Source of the DNA: Kudoa neothunni
Taxonomy: Eukaryota > Animalia > Cnidaria
Direction: 5' to 3'
Assembly (NCBI GenBank): GCA_964304625.1
Contig: OZ199838.1
Span: 11,944,524-12,008,523 of the forward strand
Length of the DNA: 64,000 nt
Both the position numbers and the translations under genes were made by a program. This document shows, piece by piece, positions 24,687 through 37,545 of the stretch. Below the pieces are notes generated by a model. That model saw nothing but the letters and a program-made list of their open reading frames with translations, did no database searches and was not told the DNA's origin. Within the stretch, counting starts at the first letter, position 1, and each line of letters begins with the position of its first letter.

Positions 24687-25229
24687 GCATCCGTGGATCC
24701 ATGGTTAGTGGATTACAAGTTGTAATTCGCATGCTACAATTACAAGCATATAATGTTTATTTTAGTCTATATACTTTAATATAGATTTTATGTCGTTATA
24801 AAAATTTGAGTCAATCTATTATAATATTATTGTACCGAAATTTTAATCATGGTGATATGTTCGGTTTTAAGACGTTAGGACATCCAAAATGTTTTAAAAC
24901 AAACGTATTATCGAATAAATTTGATATATTCACTAATTGAGGAGATCATTTATTCGATATAAATATAATATTTTAGGAATCTATTTGTTAATTATCTAAT
25001 ATGTGGTTCAACTCGTCTATAGATGTGATTTATTGGAATTGTACAATAAAATGAAAAAATAGTGGCAGCAATTTATATAACCGTCAAAAATATACACCAA
25101 ATATCAATAAAAAAATTGACTATAACAAATTTTTATAAAACGTATACAATTATCCACAATAACGATATTTAGTTATAATAGTAATTTCATTCGTATCTCT
25201 TCCATTATGGCAGAGTATGCGTTGATTTT

Positions 25230-25960
25230 CTGTTTTTTGAATAGAAACTCTGCAACGCATTCCTACTGATGGACTCTAATGTTGGGTCCTTTTGTGCCTA
25301 ACCATTTTTTTAGTTTCATCCAAAAGTTTTCAACCGTTTGAGTACGAATCAACGAATTTTGAGGATCCACTAAGTGGTAATCGTGTTTGACCACCGAATG
25401 ATTCATACCCAAACGGTATAAATTGTTGTAGGATAGCCATCCGTCTGTGACAATGATTGTGCCTGTTATTATTCGTCTTTTGATGATTGCAAGAAGAGTA
25501 TCGGCGGCCCTGGTCGAGTCGGTGAACTTTATGAAAAAATCGAATTTTTGTTGGCCATTATTATTTCGGCAAATACCACCAAGAACACATTGTTCAGGTA
25601 GTGGACGCCCTCGGTTGTTTTTCCTTCATACTAACAACGTTTCGGCGATTTCAACAACTTGATTTGAACCACCGATTTTAATAGTGACGTTTCTTTCGTA
25701 ATATTGGATACATGATTTGCGAAACAGTCTACTCCAATCCACAACAATATGAAAAGAATAATGAAATTCTTTTTTTATCAATCCAATGGAGTAATTATGA
25801 CTCCACAATCGCAATAATAGAAATATTTTGAAGAGTCATTTTGGATTCGAAAAAACGGTCCATTTCTGGTGGATATTTTTGTTGACATCCACCATCTCTA
25901 GGTGTAATTATCAATTATATAATGACTGGCACGGATCATATAATGGTCACTATTCGGACA
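25230..25960 (-). pseudogene. Merlin / IS1595 (ISXO2-like) DDE transposase pseudogene
   Basis: KIGGSNQVVEIAET...RKNNRGR...VLGGI...GTIIVTDGWLSYNNL...HSVVKH...VDP...TQTVENFWMKLK, with stops. Confidence 0.85.
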
Positions 25961-26374
25961 TATTTGTTTATCTGAAATCAAACCATCGTCTATACAAAAT
26001 TTTAGAGTATTTTTATTGTTGGAATAAAAAATTCGACAGACTCAAGCAACTTCATTTTGTCTGAAATGAGATTATCAGTGCAACTGAGGTTATTTATAGA
26101 GTTGACACTACATAAAACAGCGAAATTGAATGTTATCTGTTACCTAATGGTGTTTATCAAGTTGAAAATAATTTTTAACTTAACTCAAAAACAACATCAT
26201 AAATAATTCTAATTCGATACCAACTTTGTCTGAATTTTGATTTTGTTTGCACACACATTAAATTATATATTTTAAAAGGGTAATCGGAAACTCTAAAATT
26301 ATTAATAAGGAATCAGATAAGAGAAACCCGAGTGTAAAAATATATCCCGCGTGGAAATGACGCATGCGAAGGTA

Positions 26375-26930
26375 GGTAAAATTGCGGAATAGTGGCCGTA
26401 ATCCAAATCAACGACAACGGACAAAAACGAACCTGTTGAATATTTTATTATTGAGTATTTATCAATGTCGCATCTCCAATAGGGCAACATTGACAATTGC
26501 TATTTCTCATCACAATAATAGTTGGTGTAATCTATTATGTATTGAACTCCTAGCTCCTCGCGATTATTTCAACAGGATGTACCGCCAATTAAGCCGGTTC
26601 GAATAAAGCAAGCTTTATGTATTCTAAAATTGAAGTCGGAAAACTCTGATTTTGATGGATTATCACAATATAACCTTAGCAATTCTCTACTGTATCAATC
26701 CATTTTCTATAAGAATAAGAATTTCATATTTTATATAAGCACTAACTAACTAATTGTCGTGAGCGTATAACGTTAACATCATAAATAATTTATTGAGTGA
26801 AATTCGGACATTATTTCCATTAAATGGTCTAACAATATCATACTAATCTGATTTAAAAAATTCGTGTTTAATCCCCAAACTAATTATAACCTTTATTCGG
26901 CAAATATGGCCAATATTCTACGTTTTAACG
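26375..26930. mobile_element. MITE family A, copy 3
   Basis: Left GGTAAAATTGCGGAATAGTGGCCG, right TGGCCAATATTCTACGTTTTAACG; internal blocks shared with copy 2 (ACGAACCTGTTGA, CCTTAGCAATT, CTATAAGAATAAGAA). Confidence 0.7.
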
Positions 26931-28010
26931 AATAAAATATTTTAGAACATTGTTAACATGAAATCATTAAAAACCGTATTTATCGGTGTAAAAATTAGAA
27001 ATCGGAAATTCATAAATCAGCTTAATTAGTTGGGCGGAGGATCATAGCACGGAAAATATTGGAATTTAGATTTATTATTTTTACATTGCCCCTTATATTT
27101 TTTTTGTTGAAAAAATAAATGAAAAACGTGCGCGATTCATGATGAATTTTTGGAGTCACAGCAAATCATTACGTTTCAGATTGTGACATCCAAAATTATA
27201 TTGGTCTTAAATAATCAATTAAATTTTATAAACATCGCCTTCCAAACCTTTTTAACACATCCAAACAAAGTATTTTGGGATTTACTCAAATTTGAATACG
27301 GTAGCGAATGTAAACGGGTAGACTTTTTCTGCGGCTCAATCTTTAAAAATTATTACACCTTCAATTAAATATGAGATTTTGTTAAAATGGTATCTGAAGT
27401 TAGACCAACCATATTAATTTACATTTTTGTCAGTAAACACATCATGTTATAATAGGTAACTACAAAGCAGAGACTATTACACGGTAAATTTAAATCCTAA
27501 CCTGCGTATACGCATGCGCATCGTTACTTTGTAAAGCCGAGCCAATTTTATTCACAAACTGTACATGAAGTTAATTTTTTAAAATATATTATATCGAATT
27601 ATTTACCATTCAAATAGCCACTTTCGAGTTATATATTGATGGTTCAAACTTGGAATTAATCGGACACTTGATTTTTATCAATGTTACATGGCTATAATTT
27701 TTATTGATAGACTTATCTCGAATTAATTGTAATTAGAGAATAATTTCCTATTTATAAAATATATTAATACATATATCTCCTTATTAAACAATTTCCTAAA
27801 TAATAAACGCTAAAAGTTAATATGGTACGAAACTACGTTAGGTAATTATTCGAATTAGTTTCTGGTTGGATTGAGCTAAATGATATCAATTTCGCTTGAA
27901 TAAATGCGTATAAATTAATTGTATTTATTAATTTACTATAAATCAACTCTGCCGTTTATTTTAGATAATAAAGGGTTTAATCGTGATACTACACACGATA
28001 AGAAGATGCG

Positions 28011-30806
28011 ATGTTGGGGCTAGCAATTGCAATCCTATTCCCTTGTATAGGTATATCTGATTGCGATAAATTTGTTTATTCTTACAAATACAGCCAGTCT
28101 AAATATGGAAGGAAAATACGAAATGTGTAGATCGTGCCTAAATTCCAATAATAAAGCATGGTGCATAGACGGAGTATATGCAAAATAATATGGCGCGATT
28201 GAATGTATTGTTTATAGAATCGTCGAGAGCAATCTCAATGTGTATCAAAGCTCAATGAAGATTGCCAAGATTATTTAGAAAATCATGTAAAAATTTTGCG
28301 TTCAATAATTCGAATAAATGCAACAATCTTAGTACTTGGAGGACGTTGAAATCGATGAAAACGATCTTCGGGATCCACCCATATATCTTTCAAAGATGGA
28401 TAAAAGTTATTAATAAAGAAACTTTGATGAGTGATTTTACGTTATTCAGTAAATCAAAACCAATTCCAAACAATGATAAATATCAATCCTACATCAAAGA
28501 GAAGCACCCAATTCTATTTTTTGGTAGATAGAGCTATAATGAATACACGACAATGGGAAGTGCTACTAACCGATTTGAATATATACGGTAGAAAAAATGA
28601 GATTGAATTTAACAGTATGATAAGCATTCTAATTACATTTAGTGACTTCTGCAGATTTTCAGCACCATGACCAAATAGGGATAGGAATCTATCATAATAT
28701 GAATAAGTTAGTGTAAGACATGTTTCTCTCTGATCAAATTTTAGTTATTATTTTTTTGAGAACGTGGTTCCAATAACTCATGATTACCTCAATTTGGTAT
28801 GTAGTAATGCTTTAGTGATATTATTTATTGCCCAAAGAAACGGCAGATCGATTCATTCTCATTCAGTTCGACGTTGAATAATAACGAAAAGTTATATTCC
28901 ACAATAGATGCTATTATACATGTGGTACAGAGTAGACAAGTGACATTTATGGCAAAAACACCTTCTTCATTAATATTCTATGTTATTTATAGGTAGGATG
29001 GAATAAAGCACAAGATGTAGTAAAAATATTGTATATTGTTCCGAATTCAACCTTAGATTCGGTGAGCATTAATTAACTATTACATGTATTAATTAGATAT
29101 AACTTAAGGAATCAATTCACCCACTAAAATACGATCAATTTCACCATCTTATACACCAAAAATCTATAATCTATCATGTAACATAATTTTTGCTTAAATT
29201 AATGAAATACTAGTCAATACTGAATTAAATGTAGTTACAATCGATCCTTTATGAGAACATGATCAATTTTGTCGCTACAAGGTCAGAGAATTCTGATACC
29301 AATCATGTTATGGTCTGTTTGTGTAATATTAATCGTTATTAATTGTCCACAGAAATTAATTCGTATTACCCACTATTTAAAAACAAGATCTCTCTTATAT
29401 TCTGACTGTACTCGCACGAAATACATGCGAACATGCTTCTTTTTATTTGAACTTAGAAGAGTATGTTTTCTGGTTATCAATATAGAAAAATCTAGTTTAT
29501 GTTAGGATATGCACTCCTTCATGAAATATCTACCGCCTCAAAATAATGAATATGTTGATTTTTCCATAAGAAAAGATTGTGGGTATTTGAATTCCTACCA
29601 TCCAGCACTACGTGAATATTTATGTTGATATTTTTAGTCGTGAACATCGCGATTATGGTTGTGATATAAAAACGAATGTACGTATTTACTTAAATGTTAT
29701 CATTAAAAAATGCATACCTCCTGAAAATTACAAAGAAAACACTATGTACTTACATTTTCGATTGCTAATATATTGCGTTTAGCTATTATTTGCAGATTAC
29801 CGATAGCAAACCTATTGCAATAGTTGTCGATAGCAATAAATGTCTGTGCCAATGTGAATTAAAAAGCTCTATTACTTATGTGACGATTCGTTTGTTGGCC
29901 TTATTCAATTTAATTACAACGGTAGATGGAGGATTCGGAATATTGTTCCTTTAAAGGGGACCGTGTATGTGGCCATTGCGGATGTTCACAGAATTTGTAA
30001 ATATTGTCTACTTTCTTTTTTAATAACGTATTTAGTTTAGGAAATGATTGTTCCTTGATTAGAAGTATTGACTCGAGCACTGAAAGTAACCATCTAGAAT
30101 GTTGCATTGAATAAGTATACAAAGGTGGTAAATTGGAGAATGATGATAAATGCGCGAGGAAATCGTCTATTGAAGGACATGCTGTAAATTTCATCGATTG
30201 TGAATCTAGATTTTGGAAAGATCATTGTTTATGCTCTTCGAGCAACACAGCATGTTGTTTATTTGTTACGTCTATAAATAATAATTTAGCTTTGTAATAA
30301 TAAGGGATATTTGAAATTTGGAAAGTGTTTTTGTTATTATGGATATAGAGGAGAATACTGTGAACATACGGTATATATCCATGTTATCTAGCATCAAATT
30401 TTATAGATCGACAACATAAACAACGAATTCATCGAAGCTTGTCTTCACAGGAAACTCAAATCTACAATAAATAAATTGGAGGAATTGAAACTGCCAGATA
30501 ATTATTGTGATTTGATCCAAATCGCTTACAATGGGAGTAATAAGATGAATTTTCTGTTTTATTGTTTCACTGATAAACACACGGTGTATGGCTACAATGT
30601 ATCAAGCAATGGTTCACATTACAATGTTTTGGTTGGACAGGAATATGGTGATCTTTTTTTATTAGGATAGAATATATCTTTCCTTTTCTTTAGATTTGCC
30701 TGAATCTATAAACAAATCGTTTGCTTTACGCGTTAGTGTGCTAGGATCAATTTTGTTTACTTCATTAATGACACTGATGATTTACGTTTGGAGAAAAATT
30801 CATTAG
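28011..30806 (+). CDS. highly diverged integrin beta-like membrane protein, multi-exon with tiny introns; middle exons not resolved, could be a pseudogene
   Basis: Signal-like MLGLAIAILFPCI; PSI-like CRSCLNSNNKAWC; FYFLVD at the vWA beta strand; CLCQCE; I-EGF repeats CSFKGDRVCGHCGC and CNNKGYLKFGKCFCYYGYRGEYCE; TM VSVLGSILFTSLMTLMIYVW then RKIH-stop. Confidence 0.6.
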
Positions 30807-31758
30807 TTCAAGGAGAAAGTCGGTGTATCAACAATTATAAACCCTCAATTATTTCAAAATTTTCAATTATTCCAATTAATACATGTATTTCTGATAGTGC
30901 CTCTGTCTTGATATTTTATTGAGTCTTCTTTTTTTTCAACTAATATGTTGATTGATTGATCAGTTTTAATTTACTTATAAAAGGATCTTTCATTCATTCA
31001 TTCATTAATTTCAACTTCAATATTAATAGCTTAAATAATTAAATGAGAACTACAGTAAGGACTCGATGCTGCAAGGTTTAAAGTTCATCTTAGGCCAATA
31101 TATTAAGTCATTTGTTTGTAATTATTGACAGAAGTATACACTATATACGTGAATGAAATATAAATTATCTAAATATTAAAAAATGGCGAATTACTTTGGA
31201 GCTAGTTATTGTGTAGCCATTTTCTGGATTTTGGTATGTATCCATGAATTGTATTTCTACAGTGTTCAGTAAAACTGAACGTTAACTATGGTTTAATGAG
31301 AAAAATAAAAGTTTAAGATTTTATAAATTAACAAAATAAATTTAATGTCAAAAAGACATGAGTGCGAAATATTTTAACTGGTCAGATGAAGAATGCATAT
31401 TACAGCCTCAATAATTTGAGGAAAGCCATTTAATCATAGTTATAATTTCTAACTAAAAAATTAGAATAAAAAATCAAAATTTCAAAAAAGATTGAAAATC
31501 ATTTGATCGATGGAAGTATGAACGAATTGAAAACAACTGCCTGACTGGATGGATGGATGGATGGATGCGATTGGGGATAAAGTGAAAATATGTCTAGTCC
31601 TTTTAATGATTAAAGTTGTATAATTCCGGTCTATAAAAATTGATATTCATTATTCAAATATTTCCAAGAAAATAAAAATTTTATATTCACAAGGAGAAAA
31701 CTTGATCGAGCATGTGCAACAAAAATTTCGATTTACGGATTACAGATAGGAGCATTAA

Positions 31759-34155
31759 CCCTTTCATGCCTATTGTGCGGTATATTGAACATTAACTTCT
31801 CCTTCGTTTAAAATGAACATTTAACTATTGTTTAGCATTCGTTACAGACACGTAAGTTTAACTCAATTAAATGTATAAAAATCGTTAATATTACATTTTT
31901 TAAGAAATTTTATGTGTAGTAAATTTCATTAACAATGTTCAATTCTCCATATCACGTTCGTCCTAAAAGTAATGTATTAATTTGTATACCGAATTATATT
32001 ATTTTTTGGAACCAAAATTTTTGCAGTTACAATATGTTGTTGTTAATTAAATTTGACTCTTTAAATTTTAAGAAACTTATTATTATCTGAAATGATACGA
32101 TTTTAAGTCTTGTCAGTAAATTGAACAACAGGAGCACGTGGACCTATTTTTGGACAATCGCAATGGATTACGACATTTGTAACGATGAGGATAAAACTGG
32201 AAAAAGAACTTCGGAAATTATAGTGCTACCTGATGTCGACATATCCGAACCGGGTACATATTCTGAAGACGATACAACATTTACATCATCAATATTGAAC
32301 AAATTTTCAGATGCGAAAAAATGTTCATCATCCGATGATTCTGACGCTGAAATTGACACTGGCCTTCAATGGAAGAAACAAGATATTAGTTCAAATTTAC
32401 CAGAGGAATTGTGCAACTTAATGCTTAAATGACGAATTTGAAAAGTTAGATCATTTAATTCACCCCCATCGATTATTTCAACCAATTTGTTGACGATGAT
32501 TTGATTGAATTAATTGTAAACGAATCAAATCGATACGCCATACAAAATAATTCGAATTTTAAGACAAACGGTTTAGAAATTAAAACTCATTTGGGAGTCA
32601 TAATTTTAATGGGGATTGTACAGATGCCTCGTTATCGATGCTATTGGTCCAACCATTTCAATTATTCACCTATTTCGGATGTCCTTTCTAGAGACAGATT
32701 TGAACAACTCTCAAAATTTTTACATTTTAATAATAATGACAATGCAACTAACGATCAATCTTCCCAAACGTTTGATCGGTTTGTCAAAATTAGACCTTTT
32801 TTGGAGCACTTGAGGCAAGCATTTTTAAAAATCACTCCAGAGAGCATAAATTCGGTCGACGAACAAATGATTCCCATTAAGGGTAAATGCCGAGAAAAAC
32901 AGTATATATCAAATAAACCGACCAAATGGGGCTTCAAAGTTTTTGCTAGATGTGGAATAAGTGGGATAGTGCATGATTTTCATTTGTATGATGGAAAATC
33001 GCCTGTTGTACAAGAAAGTTGTGGTTTGGTTTCTGGGGATTTCGTAATAAAATTATGTGAACAACTTCCAAAGAATAGGATGTATCTATCGTATTTCGAC
33101 AACTGGTTAACATCATTCCGGACGCAACTTATATTGAAAAAAAAGGGGAATATATTCGGTGGGACTATTAGAAATAATAGAATTAAAGGATGTCCTTTAC
33201 TCGGTAAAAAAGATTTAATGAAAAAAGAACGTGGCTTATTTGATGTTGCTCAAAGCTCTAATGATGCATTAATATTAACTCGATGGTATGATAGCTCCGT
33301 TGTGACTTTACCATCCACTCATTCTGGTAGTGAACCTCTAACAACTGTAAATAGATATGATGGGCGACAAAAAACGCGTTAAAGTCGATTGTCCAGCTGT
33401 TGTATTGGATATAACAGAAACATGGGTGGTGTTGATTTGTCCGATATGCTAATGTCACTATATAGGTTAAACCATAAATGCAAAAAATTTTACATGCGGA
33501 TATTTTTTTGAGGCATCAACACCGCGATCACTAAATCATGGTTATTGTATCGGAGGCAAAATTCCATGACTAATGTAAACAAGAGTAGAGTTCTTGATTT
33601 GCTTTCGTTCACATATTCAATCTGTGAATCATTATTGTATAAAAACCAAACATTAATACAAACTCGAAAACGTGGTCGTCCGGTTAATGATTGTAATTCA
33701 CAAAAAATAATGGAATCTACTATATCGAAACGCGAGAGAAATACTCTTTTATCAGATCACATTAGATATGATAATGTCGGCCATTTTCCAGAGGTAGTAT
33801 CTACGCCAAGTAGATGCAGAAGTTGTGGAAGAAACACTCAAATAATTTTCTTAAAATGTGGCGCACCTTTTTGTCTTGTAAAAGGTAGAAATTGTTTTTA
33901 TGTGTACCATAATACTTAAAATTATTGTTTTATTGATAACTCTATCTGTTACTGGTATAATAATTCGATTTCTTTATTGAGCATTTTCTTTACCACAAAA
34001 TCCCATTGTTCAGCTTACTGACCAAAACTTCAACTTAAAAATATTGGCCCAAAAAAATTTCTCGCTCCAAATTTTTATTTATTTAGTATTAGAAGAATAT
34101 ATTGTATTAAAAAAATTTTTTTAAAGGTGTAAATAAATATTGAGGCACGAAAGGG
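31759..34155 (+). mobile_element. full-length piggyBac transposon A
   Basis: TTAA TSD at 31755-31758 and 34156-34159; 13-bp TIRs CCCTTTCATGCCT / AGGCACGAAAGGG (1 mismatch). Confidence 0.95.
32163..33919 (+). pseudogene. piggyBac DDD transposase (PGBD2/3-like) broken by a few frameshifts and stops
   Basis: SVDEQMIP, YFDNW, MGGVDLSD catalytic motifs; KPTKWGFK; C-terminal Cys-rich RCRSC...KC...CLVKGRNCF..YH. Confidence 0.92.
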
Positions 34156-35061
34156 TTAAACTCTGAGCTTATATAATGTTGGTAACATATAAGATATCAT
34201 AATTATCGTCAACCAGTTTCTAAAGATATAACATAATTATAGAAACTTATTAAGATTTTAGAAATTAATTTAAAACGATACTTTTGAACAAATCCTTCTT
34301 ATAACTAGTTCTACTGGCGCGAGAAAGAGTATTTAATCTATTATTTAAATCATTGAATAATATTACAGATATAATTTTGTATAGCATCATAAAACTCGAT
34401 CACATCGTTTTTGTGCGCTCTCAATGACGTTGCAATTTAATATGGAAATATTATTTTATTCCTGAAATTCAAACTGTTAGATTCTCAACTTCAACTCTGA
34501 AAAGCGGAAAAACGTATCAATAACGTTAAAAAACTATTCTCTTTAGTGTTTACATCATTATCATCTATTCTACTTTCGATGCTGTTCGATGTGTACGTAT
34601 AACTACGCTACCTTGGGTAAAGTTTCATAAAATACGGTTTTACAGTTTTATGTAGACACTCAATCTAATTAATCAATTTTCTCATAAACTTTCACGAAAA
34701 ATATAACAACAAAATCTGAATAGCATAATCGAGCTATATTGGTAATGGTAATACTTCCCAGCTGGAACGACTAATGTATTAAATATATGTTTTTAAACGT
34801 TGTAATATAACAATCATACAACAACCAATCTTAGTTTACTGTTTATAGTGCAAAAAGGCAAAACGAGCCTAAAATTTATCTGCAGATTCAATAGTCACCG
34901 CCTAAAAGAAAAGGTACTAAAATCTGTCTGAAAACGTATTAGGTTTAATCTCTCACTTCAAGAAAAACAAAGATGTCAAATCTTAGTTACTAATATAGGT
35001 AATTTTTTGAATGCAACAATGAAATCAAAAGGAAAAGTTGCAAAAGTTTAGTTCGGAAGAG

Positions 35062-35134
35062 AGCCCTCGGCGGGACTCGAACCCACAATCCCAAGATCCG
35101 AAGTCTTATGCCTTAGCCATTAGGCCACGAGAGC
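35062..35134 (-). tRNA. tRNA-Arg (anticodon TCG)
   Basis: 73-nt cloverleaf GCTCTCGTGGCCTAATGGCTAAGGCATAAGACTTCGGATCTTGGGATTGTGGGTTCGAGTCCCGCCGAGGGCT; all stems pair. Confidence 0.92.
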
Positions 35135-37545
35135 CCGCCTTGGTTGGTGGACTCCATCTAAATTTATTATGTAAATTGAAATAAAAAGTGCAACAAAATT
35201 TAATCATAGAACAATTAGTAAAATAATTTTTTTTCTCTGTTAAAATATAATATTGAATTAAACCTTGTTAAACTAAGCAGCTGTCTTCTTGGCTTTGTCA
35301 TCTAGTAGATATTAGTGCGAAGATCAGGCGGTGCTCGGAAGAGTTAGGCTGACTGTTTTAAGTCATGAATAGCCAATTTTTAAACATTTCATTCTTTTTT
35401 AAGTATTAGAAACAGAATATAATGTTTAGACACTACACGCAAAAAAAATACCAACAAAATAAACCACAAACAACGGTTGTACATATTAGTTTTTATATTC
35501 AAATTGAGATGCATAAATAATCAATTTGAAAATCTTTTTTTATTCATTTTGCAAGTTGGAAAATAATTGTAATAATAAAAAATGATGTCCAGTAGCTCTA
35601 ATTGGTAATGGTAATTCCATCTGCAGCTCCAAGTGAAAACCTTTATAGGTTGCCTAAAAAGGATTGGGTTGGAAATAATAATTAAAGAAAGACATTGGTT
35701 AATGATAGTTATTTAGATGATGAGCATTGGCGAGTGTTAGAACAATTAATCATGTTGAGAATTTATCAACACATAATACATGTGATGTATGGTGAATCCT
35801 TGAACAAAAATATAGCAAATGACAACAATGATTTCATTAAATATGCTTATGGATAGAAATTTTATTAACGAACGATTTTGATTGTTTATGACACCTCAAA
35901 ATTAATTTTGGCTTTATTGTCTTCATTTCTTGGTTGTGCCAGTAAGAGTCAACTCTAACTTATTCTTTTCGTCCTTATTAATCTTAAGATTAATCCTTAT
36001 AATATAACGCAATATCGTTATATTAAGATGGATATTTTCAAAGCCAGTTGATGATTTTAGAACATTAGGAGGTTATGGAATAAATATATTAACAATCTAT
36101 GTCTCCAAAAAACAATGTGATGGGAATCACGTTAATAGCAAACAAAACGGATGGTCGATAGAACAGAAGAATGAATGTTATGGTGAAAATATTTTATAAC
36201 ATACATGGATATGTAGTTTGACAAATCATTACAACCTGTATAGAGATAGGGCATAAAATATATAAGGATTCTTGCTTGCATGTGTTACCTCAAGATTTAG
36301 GTCTTGCCCAAGGAAAAAAAAATGAAAAATGACTTGTATATTCTCAATGATATAACACTGAAGTAGACTGGAGGGAGGCTGTCAAGATACAAAATAGATT
36401 CCTAAAGAATAAACGAAATTTCTATCAACTGTGTATTTTATTCCATATTAATGAAGTTATTAATATAAAACTTAATTTTCATAATAACTTTCCGGCTTTC
36501 TCAAAATTAAATTCAACTTTAATGTAAAAAATTATCGCCACCGATATTTAGTTATCAATTATTGCCTCCTCAAAAATTTGGACGACAGCAGGGAAAAAAT
36601 GTTCAAGATTGTGTAAAGGGAATACTCAAGATGAAGTCGTCGAATCACAAATTTAGCCTTATAAATAAAATTTAATATGAATAATCAAAGGATGATTTAT
36701 CAATACAACAAATTGAAGAGGGGAAATCACACGATTATTCGATTGAAAAGTGTTTCTGAAATTGTATTAGATCAAATTTTTCGTTTTTGAAGATGTATTG
36801 AAGCATTCATTCAGATAGTAATTCTGTTAGAACAAAGATACAGAGGATAACACACTGATTGGTATAAAGTTTCCCAATTAATTTGAGATATTTAAGTTGA
36901 TATTAGCCGATAAACTCAGTTTATCCAACATATCACTCGGAGTGAAGCTTATAAGGAAGCAGGACATTTGTAAATATGCCAATTCTGAGAAATTGATCAG
37001 AAATAAAAATTTATGTTATTTAAGAGATTTTTTACTCCAATGAGAAGAATTATCAAAAAAGAATGCAGATGCTTCCAAGAGTAAAAAAGAAGAAAAAAGG
37101 AATCTCTCGCATGTGGGCTTTATTATGGTGCTGAATAGTGTTACATTATACCACAGAAATCAACAACTTTATACTGTCGTTGGGTCCGAGGTTCATTATT
37201 TTTCAACTAAGTCGTCATTCTAGAATTGTTACGCATTTCCCGCGTTGAAAAATGAATCTTTGTAAGTGGAATACTTTAAATTATAAACCAGATAATATAA
37301 AATATGCATTTAATTAAATCGAAAAAACAAAACACGCAAATTCTTCTGATGGTTCGAATCAATTTTTGAAAGAGAACATCTGATGGAAGACAGGCATGCG
37401 TTAATTTCGTCAAAGTATAAACAATGAGAACGGTAAATTCTCAGTTTGATTAATTGTGCATCTCAACTTGAATGAAAACTACAACGTTATTTATCGTTCA
37501 TGAGAAGTTATAATATATTCCATCCAATCAAATAGGTATAATTAA

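Noticed and set aside
26302-26496. Similar short minus-strand ORFs here and at 11922-12116, first considered a capsid or accessory gene of the primase elements
   Set aside because: The similarity comes from MITE A DNA homology; the frames I checked are repeatedly stopped across the copies
29910-30194. 94-aa minus-strand ORF
   Set aside because: Antisense to the integrin I-EGF exons, with no recognisable motif
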